A stretch of 64,000 nt of DNA from Christensenellaceae bacterium (GTDB lineage: Bacteria; Bacillota; Clostridia; Christensenellales; CAG-138), in NCBI GenBank assembly GCA_963675855.1, contig OY776633.1, positions 2,778,546 to 2,842,545 on the forward strand, given 5' to 3'. Positions 1-10,765 of the stretch are shown one piece after another. A model generated the notes under the pieces. The model was not told the DNA's origin. It worked only from the letters and a program-made list of their open reading frames with translations, and searched no databases. A program made the translations under genes and the position numbers. The stretch's first letter is position 1, and each line of letters starts with the position of its first letter.

Positions 1-704
1 ACTCCACCAACCTCGTGCTGCGGCGTCTCGCGGGCGAAGGCGCGCCGGAAGGCACGGTGGCCGTCGCCGCCGAACAGACCGGCGGACGCGGGCGCAAGGG
101 GCGCAGCTTCTATTCCCCCCTCGGCACGGGCGTCTACGTCTCCCTCCTGCTCAGGCCGAAGATCGCGCCCGACGACGCGACGCTGATCACCACCGCCGCC
201 GCCGTCGCGGTCTGCGGCGCGCTCGAAGCGCTCAGCGGCAAACCCGCCGCAATCAAGTGGGTCAACGACGTATTCATGGACGGCAAGAAGGTCTGCGGCA
301 TTCTGACCGAGGGGTCGTTCGACATGGAGAGCGGGCAGTTCGAGTACGCCGTGCTCGGCGCGGGCGTCAACGTGTACGCGCCAAAAGACGGCTTTCCGGA
401 GGAACTTTCCAGGATCGCGGGCAGCGCGCTGGATGCTCCCGCGCCGGACGCGAAGAATCGCGCCGTGGCGGAGTACCTCAACCGCGTCCTCCCGCTCTAC
501 CGCGATCTCGGAAGCGCGGAAACCATCGCGGAATACCGCCGCCGCAGCTTCGTGATCGGCCGCGAAGTCACCGTGCTCTCGGGAACGGGCGAAACGACAG
601 CCCGCGCGCTGGACGTGGACGATCGCTGCCGCCTCGTCGTGGAGTATAAAGACGGCAGGCGCGAAGCGCTCTCCACCGGAGAGATCAGCATAAAAGTTAT
701 GTAG
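1..704 (+). CDS. birA: biotin--[acetyl-CoA-carboxylase] ligase BirA (5' end cut by window edge)
   Basis: The frame is open from base 3 (..STNLVLRRL..). It carries the biotin-binding loop 'QTGGRGRKGRSFYSP' and 'KWVNDV..GKKVCGILTE'. bioY lies directly downstream. Confidence 0.85.
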   Translation, partial: STNLVLRRLAGEGAPEGTVAVAAEQTGGRGRKGRSFYSPLGTGVYVSLLLRPKIAPDDATLITTAAAVAVCGALEALSGKPAAIKWVNDVFMDGKKVCGILTEGSFDMESGQFEYAVLGAGVNVYAPKDGFPEELSRIAGSALDAPAPDAKNRAVAEYLNRVLPLYRDLGSAETIAEYRRRSFVIGREVTVLSGTGETTARALDVDDRCRLVVEYKDGRREALSTGEISIKVM

Positions 705-761
705 CGGCGGTTCTGCCGCCGACAATGATTAAAAAATCCCGCAATCAGGAGAAAAACCGCA

Positions 762-1328
762 ATGAACCCTGTCGCCAAATCCCGCACCTACAAGATGATC
801 CTCGTGGCGCTGTTCGCCGCGCTCATCGCCGTCGGCGCGTTTATCCGCATCCCCGTGCCGCTCGTGCCGTTTACGATGCAGACGTTCTTCATCGTGCTAG
901 CGGGCATGCTGCTGGGAAAAAAGCTCGGCGCGGCGAGCGCGCTGGTCTACCTCGCAATCGGGCTCGTCGGCATCCCCGTGTTCACGCAAGGCGGCGGCGT
1001 CGGCTACGTGCTCAAGCCTTCCTTCGGTTACCTGATCGGCTTCGTCGTCGGCGCGTATATCACAGGCGCCGTCGCGCGCAAAGCGGAAAACCCCTCGTTT
1101 GGACGGTTGTTGTCCGCCGCGCTGTTGGGGTTGCTCGCCGTCTATGTCATTGGCACGGCGTATTTCTATTTTTTGAGCAACTACTATCTGGGCAACCAGG
1201 TCTCCGTCTGGACGGCGGTGCTCTATTGCTTCCTTGTGTTTGTGCCCGGCGATCTGGCAAAAAGCGCCGTCGCCGCGCTGATATCGAGGCGCATGATCCC
1301 CGTTTTGCGTAAAAACAACCTCTCCTGA
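762..1328 (+). CDS. bioY: biotin transporter BioY (ECF S-component)
   Basis: 188-aa polytopic membrane protein. 'FAALIAVGAFIRIPVPLVPFTMQTFFIVLAGMLLG..GIPVFTQGGG' is typical of BioY. AGGAG lies upstream of the ATG, and the gene follows birA. Confidence 0.85.
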   Translation: MNPVAKSRTYKMILVALFAALIAVGAFIRIPVPLVPFTMQTFFIVLAGMLLGKKLGAASALVYLAIGLVGIPVFTQGGGVGYVLKPSFGYLIGFVVGAYITGAVARKAENPSFGRLLSAALLGLLAVYVIGTAYFYFLSNYYLGNQVSVWTAVLYCFLVFVPGDLAKSAVAALISRRMIPVLRKNNLS

Positions 1329-1340
1329 CACGCTGCCGTA

Positions 1341-1375
1341 AAAAAGCCGGCGCTTGATGCGCCGGTTCTTTTTTG
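1341..1375. terminator. rho-independent terminator shared by convergent bioY and the DUF45 gene
   Basis: GC hairpin gccggcgc-ttgat-gcgccggt flanked by an A-run (1341-1345) and a T-run (1367-1374). Confidence 0.6.
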
Positions 1376-1379
1376 TCGG

Positions 1380-2141
1380 TTACAGTTTACCTTTGAGCAG
1401 TTTCCGCGCACGCTTCCAGTCCGGATAATACGCGTCCATGCGCCGCCAGAAGCGCTCGCCGTGCCCCGGCTCGTACAGGTGGCACAATTCGTGCGTGATG
1501 ACGTACCGCAGGCATTCGGCGGGTTTTTCCGCGAGGCGCAGGTTGATGGTGATATTCCCGGTCTTCGTGTTGCAGGTGCCCCAGCGGGTTTTCATGTCCC
1601 GCACGCGCAGCTCCGCCGCGCGCTTGCCGAGTGTGCGTTCGATGGCGGGCAGCATCGCCCCCGCCGCCTCGTAAAGTTCCGCACGGTACCACGCGTCGAC
1701 GAGCTTTTTCTTCTTCTCCGTGTCCGCGTCCCTGTGGACGTACAGTTCCAGCGCGTCGCTTTTACGCTGCGCGTGCATGCGCCCGCTGCGGTAGATCAGG
1801 CGCAGTGTAAGCCGCTTGCCGAAATAGGGAAGCTCTTCGCCGTCCTCGTACCGCCGCGCACCCGCGTTCGTTTGGCGCGCAAGCTGTTTTTCGATCCAGT
1901 CCGCGCGGCCGAGCACGAAGCGCGCGATCTCCGCCTCGCTCGCGTGCAGCGGCGCGTTGACCGCGATTTCGCCCTGCGGCGACACGCGCAGATAGAGGTT
2001 TTTGATGTTCTTTTTCGTTACGCTCATTTCGTATGCGCCCGCGCGTATGCGTACGGCTTTCGCCACCTGATACCCCCGCCGTCTTCCCGGCTTGCGGCGG
2101 CCTTTGATAAAGCCGCCGGCCAACGTTTCGTTCTGCTGCAT
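1380..2141 (-). CDS. YgjP-like (DUF45 / M48-type) zinc metallohydrolase
   Basis: HExxH motif in 'YVITHELCHLYEPGHGERFW'. The N-terminal 'NLYLRVSPQGEIAVNAP' beta-hairpin is typical of the family. GGGGAGGG RBS lies before the ATG at 2141. Confidence 0.7.
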   Translation of the reverse strand: MQQNETLAGGFIKGRRKPGRRRGYQVAKAVRIRAGAYEMSVTKKNIKNLYLRVSPQGEIAVNAPLHASEAEIARFVLGRADWIEKQLARQTNAGARRYEDGEELPYFGKRLTLRLIYRSGRMHAQRKSDALELYVHRDADTEKKKKLVDAWYRAELYEAAGAMLPAIERTLGKRAAELRVRDMKTRWGTCNTKTGNITINLRLAEKPAECLRYVITHELCHLYEPGHGERFWRRMDAYYPDWKRARKLLKGKL

Positions 2142-2165
2142 TCTAACACCCTCCCCGCATGCGCG

Positions 2166-2597
2166 TCAATTCCGCGGCGCGTCCGCTTCCTCCCCGTCCG
2201 GTTCGTCTTTCGAAGCGGAACGGATTCCAAACAACCCGACCAGGCCCGCTTCTATCGCCGCGTAAAGCACGATCTCCAGAATATCCTCGCGCCATTTGTA
2301 CAGCGTCGATTCCGACGCGCTCAATTCAAAGCTTAGGCGGATCATCCGCGCGCGCAGCGGCTGGCTGCGCGGCAGCGGCGTGTCCAGTCCGTACAGGCGG
2401 CTCATGAACCGTTCCTTGACGGGGTTCGTCGCGCGAAGGTAACCCCGCGCCGCGTCGATCGCCCGCGTCCAGCCGCGTATGGTGCTCCTTTGTGAACGCA
2501 CCGCGGCGGCGCGGTATGCGCGCGCGTTATTGCGCCGGTAGTTGAACAGCTGCCGTTTTGCTTCCGTGCGCAGCTGCGGTAGCGTAATCACCTTCAT
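2166..2597 (-). CDS. small HTH protein, possibly an ArpU/RinA-like (sigma-70 region-4-like) transcriptional regulator
   Basis: 143 aa. The C-terminal 'LSFELSASESTLYKWREDIL' resembles a sigma r4 / ArpU-type HTH. The stop is 24 nt upstream of the DUF45 gene start, consistent with an operon. The family assignment is from memory only. Confidence 0.35.
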   Translation of the reverse strand: MKVITLPQLRTEAKRQLFNYRRNNARAYRAAAVRSQRSTIRGWTRAIDAARGYLRATNPVKERFMSRLYGLDTPLPRSQPLRARMIRLSFELSASESTLYKWREDILEIVLYAAIEAGLVGLFGIRSASKDEPDGEEADAPRN

Positions 2598-2964
2598 GCG
2601 TCCTCCTCTGTTCGTTTAAAGCGAACGTTTGTACGCTTATTATACTCCGTTTCATCTGCTAAATGGTAGCGATTTTTGTACAACTTCCATTTTGAAACGG
2701 TATATATTTTTGGTAATTTATCGTATCCTGTCGATTTTTGTCGGTTTCTGCCCTTTTCGCACACATCCGCTGCGCATCGCCCCGCTCGCGGTCGAAAAAT
2801 GTTGCATTCCGTTCACGCGCACACTCCCGTCCGGCGTTGCCTGCCGGGAAAAGTCGTGTTATCATAGTACAGTGGTTTAAAAAGCGATTTTTTTCGCAAA
2901 TCAATTATCGCGCAAACGCACCGGAATATCCGGGCCGGCGCGCGCCGTACCATATTGAGGCACT

Positions 2965-3894
2965 ATGTTGGAATTCTCCAGAATCACGCTCCAAAACGCC
3001 GCCGAACTGCGGCCGTATTTAAGCGTTCAACCATTTCGCAGCTGCGATTATACCCTTGGCGCCGTGTTCCAGTGGCGCGCGTATTTCCGCTCCGCCTACG
3101 CGGTCGTCTCCGGCATGCTGGTGATGCTCGCGACCTATCCGGACGAAGGCCCCGGCTTCGTATACCCCGTCGGCAGCGGCGATATGAACGCCGCGCTGGA
3201 CGCGCTTGAAGCGTACGCGGCCGAAACCGGAATGCCGTACCGTTTCTGCGCCGTTCCGGAGGAAGGGCTGAAATTTCTGCAGGAGCGCTACGGCGAACGC
3301 GCGGTCGTCTCCGCGCAGCGCGACTGGGCGGACTACCTCTACGACGCGCAGGATCTCGTCAACTTCCCCGGCAAGCGTTTTCATACGCAGCGAAACCACC
3401 TGAACCGCTTTAACAAGGATAATCCGAGCGCGAAGTTCGTCCCCGTAACGGAGGAGACGCTGCCCGCGGCGATCGCGTTTCTCGACGAGTACGAACAGCA
3501 CGTTCCGCTGGACAAGGTCATCGAAGCCGAGGAGATGAAGCGCGCCAAGGAAATCTTGGCAAATTCCCTCGCGCTGGAACAGAAGGCGGGTTTCATCGAC
3601 GCGGCGGGCACCATCGTCGCGCTCTCCGTCGGCGAGGTCGTAGACGACACGCTGTACTGTCATGTGGAGAAGGCGCGCGTGGATTACTCCGGCTCCTATC
3701 AGGCGATCGTATCGTGGTTTGCCAAATACGCGCTCGAGCGGGACACGCTGTATATCAACCGCGAGGACGACTCCGGCGAGGAGCGCCTCCGGTATTCCAA
3801 GATGGCGTACCGGCCGATCCGGCTGATCGAAAAATACTGTGTCAAGATCAATCAGCCGTCCGGCGGCCTAAACGCACCCGGCGCGGCAAAATAG
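2965..3894 (+). CDS. DUF2156 domain protein (phosphatidylglycerol lysyltransferase C-terminal-domain-like)
   Basis: The N-terminus 'LRPYL..QPFRSCDYTLGAVFQWRAYF' and a length of about 300 aa match the DUF2156 family pattern as I recall it. Confidence 0.6.
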   Translation: MLEFSRITLQNAAELRPYLSVQPFRSCDYTLGAVFQWRAYFRSAYAVVSGMLVMLATYPDEGPGFVYPVGSGDMNAALDALEAYAAETGMPYRFCAVPEEGLKFLQERYGERAVVSAQRDWADYLYDAQDLVNFPGKRFHTQRNHLNRFNKDNPSAKFVPVTEETLPAAIAFLDEYEQHVPLDKVIEAEEMKRAKEILANSLALEQKAGFIDAAGTIVALSVGEVVDDTLYCHVEKARVDYSGSYQAIVSWFAKYALERDTLYINREDDSGEERLRYSKMAYRPIRLIEKYCVKINQPSGGLNAPGAAK

Positions 3895-3960
3895 CAGGAT
3901 CTCGAACCTGCATCCTTGCGGTTCGTTTTTCCGGACAGATCAAATCAACGGGGGGAATCA

Positions 3961-4788
3961 ATGATGAAACGCGCAAAAGACTTTCGCGACACCGCGTGGA
4001 ACACCCTGCGCGGGCGTTACTGGTGGGGGGTGCTTGCGTCGCTGATCGCCGTCATGCTGGGCGGCGCGGCGGGGCAAAACCCGATCGGTTTTCGCTTCGG
4101 CAACGGTGATTTCCAGCAATTCTCCGAGTTTGTACGGCAGATGCTAAACGGGAACTTCGATCCGGGCGCTCTTGTCTCGCTGGCGCTTCCCGTCATGGGG
4201 ATCGCCGCCGCTGCGGGGAGCTTCCTGTTTCTCTATTCCATCGGGTTTTTCATCGTCGGCAGCGCGATAGAGCTCGGATACGACCTGTTCTACATTTCGC
4301 TGTACCGCAGCAAAACCGCCCCGAAGATCGAAACGCTCTTTTCGCGCTTTGGCATCTTCGGCAACGCGTTGCTGCTGCGCTTTCTGATGGCGCTGAAGAT
4401 CTTTCTCTGGTCGCTGCTGTTCATCGTTCCGGGTATCGTCGCCGCGTACCGCTACGCGATGGCGCCGTTTCTGCTCGCCGAGCATCCGGAGCTGACCGCC
4501 GGCGAAGCCATCGAGCAGTCCAAGCAGCTGATGCTTGGCAATAAAGGCCGCATGTTCTGCCTGCATTTCAGCTTCATCGGCTGGTTCCTGCTCGCCGCGT
4601 TCACAGGCGGCGTCGGCTATTTCTTCCTCGCGCCGTATGTCAAGGCCGCGGAAACCGCGTTTTATCTCGACTTGACAGGCCGCCTGGCCCCGCAAAACGC
4701 GAGCATTCCGGTACCGCCCGCGGCGCCGGGCGCTCCCGCCGCGCCGCAGCCCGGCGAAGGCGAAACGAGCAGCCGGGAATTTGTTTGA
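3961..4788 (+). CDS. DUF975 family membrane protein
   Basis: 'MMKRAKDFRDTAWNTLRGRYWWGVLASLIA' is a typical DUF975 N-terminus. The protein has several TM segments and a Pro/Ala-rich tail. I moved the start from the ORF-track 3916 to the ATG at 3961, which sits behind a GGGGGA RBS. Confidence 0.65.
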   Translation: MMKRAKDFRDTAWNTLRGRYWWGVLASLIAVMLGGAAGQNPIGFRFGNGDFQQFSEFVRQMLNGNFDPGALVSLALPVMGIAAAAGSFLFLYSIGFFIVGSAIELGYDLFYISLYRSKTAPKIETLFSRFGIFGNALLLRFLMALKIFLWSLLFIVPGIVAAYRYAMAPFLLAEHPELTAGEAIEQSKQLMLGNKGRMFCLHFSFIGWFLLAAFTGGVGYFFLAPYVKAAETAFYLDLTGRLAPQNASIPVPPAAPGAPAAPQPGEGETSSREFV

Positions 4789-4792
4789 ATCG

Positions 4793-4826
4793 AAAAAAAG
4801 AAGCGCCGATTGGCGCTTCTTTTTTT
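4793..4826. terminator. bidirectional rho-independent terminator (DUF975 gene / glgA convergent)
   Basis: aaaaaaa-gaagcgcc-gatt-ggcgcttc-ttttttt, a perfect 8-bp stem with an A-run and a T-run. Confidence 0.8.
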
Positions 4827-4831
4827 GTATC

Positions 4832-6451
4832 TCATTCTGCAGGAGGTGTTTCTATTTTCCCCGACTCTTTCGTTTTTTTCAGTTCTATCGATTCTTCCGG
4901 TTTTTCCTGTTTTTTCGTTTCCAGCGGTTCTTCTGTTTTTTTCGGTTTTGGGGGTTTGTTTTCCGCCGTTTTCTGCGGAGGCTGCCCGCAGGGGCACGGA
5001 TCGTCTTTCGCTTTCTTTGCCGGCAGGAGCTTTTGATACAGTTCGATATATTCCTTCGCCTGCCTGCCCCAGTCGAAGCGCTCTTTCATGCCGCGCAGCA
5101 TCATGCGCCGCCACATCGCCTTGTCGTCGTTCCAGTACTTCACCGCGCGCTCGATGGCAAAGAGCATTTCGTGCGCGTTGTAGTTGGCAAACGAAAACCC
5201 GTTCCCTTCGTCGGTGTACATGTTGTATGGCGCGATGGTGTCCTTCAGCCCGCCGGTTTCGCGCACGATGGGCACGCTGCCGTACCGCAGCGCGATCATC
5301 TGGCTTAAACCGCATGGCTCGAACTGCGACGGCATGAGAAACATGTCCGTTCCCGCGTAGATGCGGTGCGCGAACCCTTCGTCCATTTCGATGCGCGCGT
5401 GCACGCGCCTCGGATACCGCCAGTTCGCCCAGTTGAGCATGTCCACAAACCGCCGGTCGCCTTTGCCGAGGAATATAATCTGCACGTCGCCGCGCAGAAT
5501 GTCGCCCAGCACGCGTTCCACGAGATCGAGCCCCTTCTGCTGCGACAGCCGCGCGATCATGCCGATGAGCGGCACGTCCCGCTGCTCCAGCCCGCATTCC
5601 TTCTGAAGCATTTTCTTGCAGGCGAGTTTTCCGTCCAGGTTGTCCGCGTCAAAATGGCGCGTCAAAAAGCGGTCGTCCGAGGGGTTGAAAATCGCATAAT
5701 CCAACCCGTTGAGTATCCCGCTGAGCGTATTTCCCCGCGCGCGGAGCAGCCCGTCGAGATTCTCGCCGTAAAACTGCGTTTTGATCTCTTCGGCGTAGGT
5801 TGGGCTCACGGTGCAGAGGCGGTCGGAAAATACCAGCCCGCCTTTCATGCAGCTGATACACCCGTAGTACTCCATGTATTCGTAGCTGAAGTACCGCTCG
5901 TCCAGCCCCAGCCTTCCCGATATCTGCTTCCAGGAAAACAGCCCCTGGTATTTGAGGTTGTGGATAGAAAACACGGTGCGGATGCGCGCGTAATCCGCGC
6001 TCGCCGCGTACTGCGTTTTAAGCAGCGCGGGTATCAGCCCCGTCTGCCAGTCGTTGGCGTGCAGAACGTCCGGGAAAAAGCCGATGCGCGGCAGCGCCTC
6101 CAAAACCGCACGGCAGAAAAAAGCGAACCGGAGGCCTTCCGACAGGCCGTCTCCGTAGATTTCGCTGACATAGAAAAACGACTCGTTGTCGACGAAGTAA
6201 TAGGTAACCCCGTTGTCCGTGAGCTTTTCGATGCCGCAGAAGAGTTTTTCCCATCCAAAGAGCACCTCGAAGCTGCACACGTGCTCCATCCGGCTCTTCC
6301 AGTAGCCGTCGATCGAGCGGTACTTGGGCAGGATCACGCGAACGTCCAGCCCCTCCCGGCTCAGCGCGACAGGCAGCGCGCCGGCAACGTCCGCCAGACC
6401 GCCGGTCTTGACGAACGGCACGCACTCGCTCGCGCAGAACAGCACCTTCAT
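4832..6451 (-). CDS. glgA: glycogen synthase GlgA (GT5) with a 63-aa Lys/Glu/Pro-rich C-terminal tail
   Basis: 'MKVLFCASECVPFVKTGGLADVAGALP' carries the KTGGL motif. GGAGG RBS. It is the last gene of the glgBCDA cluster. Confidence 0.95.
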   Translation of the reverse strand: MKVLFCASECVPFVKTGGLADVAGALPVALSREGLDVRVILPKYRSIDGYWKSRMEHVCSFEVLFGWEKLFCGIEKLTDNGVTYYFVDNESFFYVSEIYGDGLSEGLRFAFFCRAVLEALPRIGFFPDVLHANDWQTGLIPALLKTQYAASADYARIRTVFSIHNLKYQGLFSWKQISGRLGLDERYFSYEYMEYYGCISCMKGGLVFSDRLCTVSPTYAEEIKTQFYGENLDGLLRARGNTLSGILNGLDYAIFNPSDDRFLTRHFDADNLDGKLACKKMLQKECGLEQRDVPLIGMIARLSQQKGLDLVERVLGDILRGDVQIIFLGKGDRRFVDMLNWANWRYPRRVHARIEMDEGFAHRIYAGTDMFLMPSQFEPCGLSQMIALRYGSVPIVRETGGLKDTIAPYNMYTDEGNGFSFANYNAHEMLFAIERAVKYWNDDKAMWRRMMLRGMKERFDWGRQAKEYIELYQKLLPAKKAKDDPCPCGQPPQKTAENKPPKPKKTEEPLETKKQEKPEESIELKKTKESGKIETPPAE

Positions 6452-6508
6452 GCAATCGCCTCCGTAAACCTTTCGCTTTATCCCCCGCCTTCTATGCAGA
6501 GGGAGGGG

Positions 6509-7633
6509 TTAAATAACCGTACCTTTTTTCAGAATGACCGGGAATCCTTCGTAACCGTTAAGCGTCCGCCCGTCGCGGATCACGACGCCTTTGTCGAGGA
6601 TCACATGATCCAGCCTGCAGTTTTCGCCGATGCTCACGCCCTGCATGATGATGCTGTCCTTCACGGCGGCGCCGCTTTTCACGCTCACGCCGCGGAATAT
6701 GATGCTGTTTTCGATCGTGCCTTCGATCTGGCAGCCGTCCGCGACCATGGAATTTTTGACCGACGCTTTTACGCCGTATTTGGCGGACACCTCGTCTTTG
6801 ACCTTCGTGTAGATCGGATGCCCGGGATTAAATAGATCGTTTCGCACTTCCGGTTCGAGCAGGGCGAGGTTGTGGCGGAAGAAATCGTTCGCCGAATCCA
6901 GCCGCGCGACGTACCCGTCGTATTGAAATCCCATGATCTTCAGCGTTCCGCACTTCTTGAGCAGGATATCGCGCGTAAAGTCGTAATCCCCGCGGGAAAA
7001 CGCCTCCTCCACCAGATACTCCAAAAGCAGCTTATCCATGACCATCAAATCGCAGCTTCTGTGTGTGGAGCGCGGCGTAAAGGGGTTGAACTCCATCTCG
7101 GTCACGCGACCGTCGGCGTCGAGTATCAGCCTCAGATCGAGGTTCTGCTCGTCGCCCGCGGAGGCTTCGACCTCGTTATAGAGCATTGTGATGTTCGCGC
7201 GTGTCTCGATATGCCGCGCGATCAGCTCGTCGAACGTCGTGTTGAATATCGTATGGCTGCCGGAGAAGATCACATATTGCTGCGGGCAGCGCCGCACGTA
7301 CCCGAGGCAGGAGCGGATGGCGTCCACGCTGCCGCGGTAAAGCCCCGTGTTTTCCTTCGTCATGAACGGCGGCAGCATGAACAGACCCTCGCGCTTTCTG
7401 TGGAGGTCCCATTCCTTGCCGGAACCCAAATGGTCCATCAGGGAGTGATAGTTTTTCTGCGCGATCATGCCGACGCTGGTTACGCCCGTGTTGACGAGAT
7501 CCGAGAGGATGAAGTCGATGCAGCGGTAGCGCCCGCCGAACGGGACCGCGGCGACCGAGCGCGATAACGCGAGGTCGCGCAGCATCGGGTTCGTCTCCCC
7601 TGTGTAGATGAGGCCAAACGCGTTACTAGTCAT
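6509..7633 (-). CDS. glgD: glucose-1-phosphate adenylyltransferase subunit GlgD
   Basis: It is paralogous to GlgC but lacks the GGxGxRL motif. '[22 protein letters not shown]' and a left-handed beta-helix C-terminus are present. The start at 7633 sits behind GGAGGAAGG, just after the glgC stop. Confidence 0.85.
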   Translation of the reverse strand: MTSNAFGLIYTGETNPMLRDLALSRSVAAVPFGGRYRCIDFILSDLVNTGVTSVGMIAQKNYHSLMDHLGSGKEWDLHRKREGLFMLPPFMTKENTGLYRGSVDAIRSCLGYVRRCPQQYVIFSGSHTIFNTTFDELIARHIETRANITMLYNEVEASAGDEQNLDLRLILDADGRVTEMEFNPFTPRSTHRSCDLMVMDKLLLEYLVEEAFSRGDYDFTRDILLKKCGTLKIMGFQYDGYVARLDSANDFFRHNLALLEPEVRNDLFNPGHPIYTKVKDEVSAKYGVKASVKNSMVADGCQIEGTIENSIIFRGVSVKSGAAVKDSIIMQGVSIGENCRLDHVILDKGVVIRDGRTLNGYEGFPVILKKGTVI

Positions 7634-8852
7634 AGCACCTTCCTCCGCTTGCATCCTCGGTCGCAACCGTGCCCTGCGGCAGGTGGGCTTCCGGCTCTAT
7701 GCCGATATCGTTGCCGACGAGCGTGATCGTGCCGGTCAGTGCGTTGTCCACCCAGTCGCCGGGACGCAGGTCGCAGCCGATCACCGCGCGTTCGCCGACG
7801 ACCGAGTTCTCGCCGACGATGGCTTTGTATACCTTCGCCCCGCGCTTGATCACAGCGCCGGGAAAGATGACGGAATCAAACACCTCCGCCTCCGGTTCGA
7901 TCGATACGTTGGCAAACAGCACGCTGTGATGCACCGTTCCTTCCACGCGGCAGCCTTCGGTCACGAGGCTCTGCGTTACGGATGCTTCGTTTCCGACATA
8001 ATGCGGCGGCATGATGGGGTTGCGGCTGTATATCCTCCAGTTGGGGTCGTTGAGCACGAGCTTGGGCGGCGTGGAGATGATGTCCATGTTCGCCTCCCAG
8101 AGGCTCTGGATCGTTCCGACGTCCTTCCAGTATCCCTTAAACGGATACGCGTACACCGGCTGCCCGCCGTTAATAATGGAAGGTATGATATCGTTGCCGA
8201 AGTCGTTTGACGAGTTCGGCTTCTCGGCGTCTTTTCTCATGGACTCCTTCAGCGCGGGCCAGTTGAAGATATAGATGCCCATCGAGGCTTTATTGGATTT
8301 CGGATTCTTCGGCTTCTCCTCAAACGAAACGATCCGGTCGGCCTTGTCCGTATTCATGATGCCGAAGCGGTGCGCTTCCTCCATCGGTACGGGCAGCACA
8401 GCGATTGTGGCGACGGCGCCTTTCTCGATGTGGAAGCGGAGCATCGCGCCGTAGTCCATCTTGTAGATGTGGTCGCCCGATAGTATGAGCACATAATCCG
8501 GGTCGTACTGATCGACGAATTCGCGGTTTTGATAGATGGCGTTCGCCGTTCCGGTATACCAGCTGCTGTCCCCCGCGGTCACATACGGCGGCAGCACGAA
8601 CACGCCGCCGTGTATGCGGTCGAGGTCCCAGTGCTGGCCTGTGCCGATATAGCTGTTGAGCGCGAGCGGACGGTACTGCGTCAGAACGCCGACGGTATCG
8701 ATGTCCGAATTGACGCAGTTGCTCAGCGGGAAGTCGATGATACGGTACTTCCCGCCAAACGGTACGGCGGGTTTCGCCATGCTCGACGTCAGCACGCCGA
8801 GACGGCTGCCCTGTCCGCCCGCGAGGAGCATGGCCACGATCCGTTTTTTCAT
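7626..8852 (-). CDS. glgC: glucose-1-phosphate adenylyltransferase GlgC
   Basis: '[41 protein letters not shown]'. The start at 8852 sits behind AGGAGG and overlaps the glgB stop (ATGA). The ORF-track start at 8912 is an upstream extension. Confidence 0.95.
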   Translation of the reverse strand: MKKRIVAMLLAGGQGSRLGVLTSSMAKPAVPFGGKYRIIDFPLSNCVNSDIDTVGVLTQYRPLALNSYIGTGQHWDLDRIHGGVFVLPPYVTAGDSSWYTGTANAIYQNREFVDQYDPDYVLILSGDHIYKMDYGAMLRFHIEKGAVATIAVLPVPMEEAHRFGIMNTDKADRIVSFEEKPKNPKSNKASMGIYIFNWPALKESMRKDAEKPNSSNDFGNDIIPSIINGGQPVYAYPFKGYWKDVGTIQSLWEANMDIISTPPKLVLNDPNWRIYSRNPIMPPHYVGNEASVTQSLVTEGCRVEGTVHHSVLFANVSIEPEAEVFDSVIFPGAVIKRGAKVYKAIVGENSVVGERAVIGCDLRPGDWVDNALTGTITLVGNDIGIEPEAHLPQGTVATEDASGGRCYD

Positions 8853-10765
8853 GCGTCGTCCTCCTGTTTCGTTTCGGGTTTCGGCAGGGGTTTCGGGGTG
8901 ATATGGTAACATACCGCGCCAAAGGGCGGCAGCCGAAGGCGGATGCGGCAGGGATGCTCGCCGTAGTGTTCATACGCGGACATCGTCGGCGCGTTGGGAT
9001 AGTCCCCCGTGCCGCCGTAATACGGCGCGTCGGTAGAAAACACCTCCGTGTACAACCCGTACAACGGGACGCCGATCATATAATCCTTCCAAGGCATCGG
9101 CGTGAAGTTGAACGTCCAGAGAAGCGAGTTACCCTCCCTGTCGGTCCGCAGAAAGGAAAGGATCGAATGGATATTGTCGTCCACGCCGCACCACTGGAAG
9201 CCCGTCCAGTTGTCGTCTATTTCATACATCGGCGGATGATCGAGGTAAAAGTGGTTCAGGTCGTGCACGAACAGATGCATTTCCGCATGCTTCGGGTAAT
9301 CGAGCAGGAACCAGTCCAGCGAGTCGTCGAACTTCCACTCGATAAACTGGCCGAATTCGCCGCCCATAAACATGAGCTTTTTGCCGGGGTGCGCGTATTG
9401 ATATGCGTACACAAGCCGCAGCTGCGCAAACTGCTGCCAGTAATCGCCCGGCATCTTCGAGAGCATGCTCTTCTTGCCGTGCACCACCTCGTCGTGCGAA
9501 AACGGCAGGATATAGTGTTCCGAAAACGCATAGCACAGCGAAAACGTGAGTTTGTCGTGGTGGTATTTTCTGTAGATGCTGTCCATGCCCATGTACGTGA
9601 GCATATCGTTCATCCACCCCATGTTCCATTTATACGCAAACCCGAGGCCCTCGTCGGAGACGGGGCGCGTCACATACGGATATGCCGAACTCTCCTCGGC
9701 AAAGAGCATCTTGCCGCCGGAGAGCCTGTCGACCGCCGAATTGAGCTTTCTGAAAAACGAGATCACGTCGAGGTTGTCCCGTCCGCCGTAGCGGTTGGGC
9801 AGCCACTCGCCTGGCATCTTGCCAAAGTCGAGGTAGAGCATGGCGCTCACCGCGTCCACGCGCAATCCGTCAAAGTGGAATTCGCGCAGCCAGAACATCG
9901 CGCTCGAAATCAGAAAAGATTGTACCTGCGTCTTTTCAAAGTCGAAGAGCAGCGTGCCCCATTGAGGCATTTCCCCCCTGCGCGGATCCGGGTGCTCGAA
10001 CAGCGGCGTGCCGTCGAAGAGCCTCAGCCCGTGGGAATCCTTCGTAAAGTGCGCCGGCACCCAGTCCATGATCACGCCGAGTCCTGCGGCGTGCGCGCAG
10101 TCGACGAAGTACATCAGCTCTTCCGGATCGCCGTAGCGGGAGGTGGCCGCGAAGTACCCCGTCACCTGGTACCCCCAGCTCGGGTCGTACGGATATTCCA
10201 TCAGCGGCATGAGTTCGATATGCGTATACCCCATGTCCGCGACATAATCGACCAGCTCGTGCGCCAGCTCTCGATATCCCAGGCCCTGTTTCCAACTGCC
10301 GAGATGCGCTTCGTATATGCTCATCGGCTGGCTTGTATCTTTATCCGCGCCCTCCCTGCAGTCGATGTATTCCTCGTCCGTCCAGTCGAAATACGGCATG
10401 TCACCGACGACGGACGCGGTGCCGTCTTCCTCGGCCCGGAACGCGAACGGGTCGGCGCGCATGACGACTTCCCCGGTATAGGTGCCGATGGCATATTTAT
10501 AGAGATCGCCCGGCCGCGTAATGCCGATGGCGATCTCCCAGACGCCGGTCTCGCCGACGCGCTCCATATGATCAGCCTCGATGTTCCAGAAGTTGAAGGT
10601 TCCGACTACGCTGACGAACTCAGCATTCGGAGCCCATACGGAGAATCGATAAACTCTTTCTCCGAATTCGCCGACTCCTTCGTGGCAGCCCAGCTCCAGA
10701 TAAGCCGCCGTAGAGACGCCACGGTTAAAGTAGTAGAGTGCTGTTTCGTCCGAAAATTTGCTCAT
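8849..10765 (-). CDS. glgB: 1,4-alpha-glucan branching enzyme GlgB (GH13)
   Basis: 638 aa with GH13 signatures '[14 protein letters not shown]', 'AEESSAYP' and '[12 protein letters not shown]'. Confidence 0.95.
   Translation of the reverse strand: MSKFSDETALYYFNRGVSTAAYLELGCHEGVGEFGERVYRFSVWAPNAEFVSVVGTFNFWNIEADHMERVGETGVWEIAIGITRPGDLYKYAIGTYTGEVVMRADPFAFRAEEDGTASVVGDMPYFDWTDEEYIDCREGADKDTSQPMSIYEAHLGSWKQGLGYRELAHELVDYVADMGYTHIELMPLMEYPYDPSWGYQVTGYFAATSRYGDPEELMYFVDCAHAAGLGVIMDWVPAHFTKDSHGLRLFDGTPLFEHPDPRRGEMPQWGTLLFDFEKTQVQSFLISSAMFWLREFHFDGLRVDAVSAMLYLDFGKMPGEWLPNRYGGRDNLDVISFFRKLNSAVDRLSGGKMLFAEESSAYPYVTRPVSDEGLGFAYKWNMGWMNDMLTYMGMDSIYRKYHHDKLTFSLCYAFSEHYILPFSHDEVVHGKKSMLSKMPGDYWQQFAQLRLVYAYQYAHPGKKLMFMGGEFGQFIEWKFDDSLDWFLLDYPKHAEMHLFVHDLNHFYLDHPPMYEIDDNWTGFQWCGVDDNIHSILSFLRTDREGNSLLWTFNFTPMPWKDYMIGVPLYGLYTEVFSTDAPYYGGTGDYPNAPTMSAYEHYGEHPCRIRLRLPPFGAVCYHITPKPLPKPETKQEDDA

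Noticed and set aside
705-761. Hairpin cggcgg-ttct-gccgcc after birA as a bioO operator or attenuator for bioY.
   Set aside because: It is a short GC hairpin without a T-run and without the palindromic BirA operator pattern I know. The evidence is insufficient.
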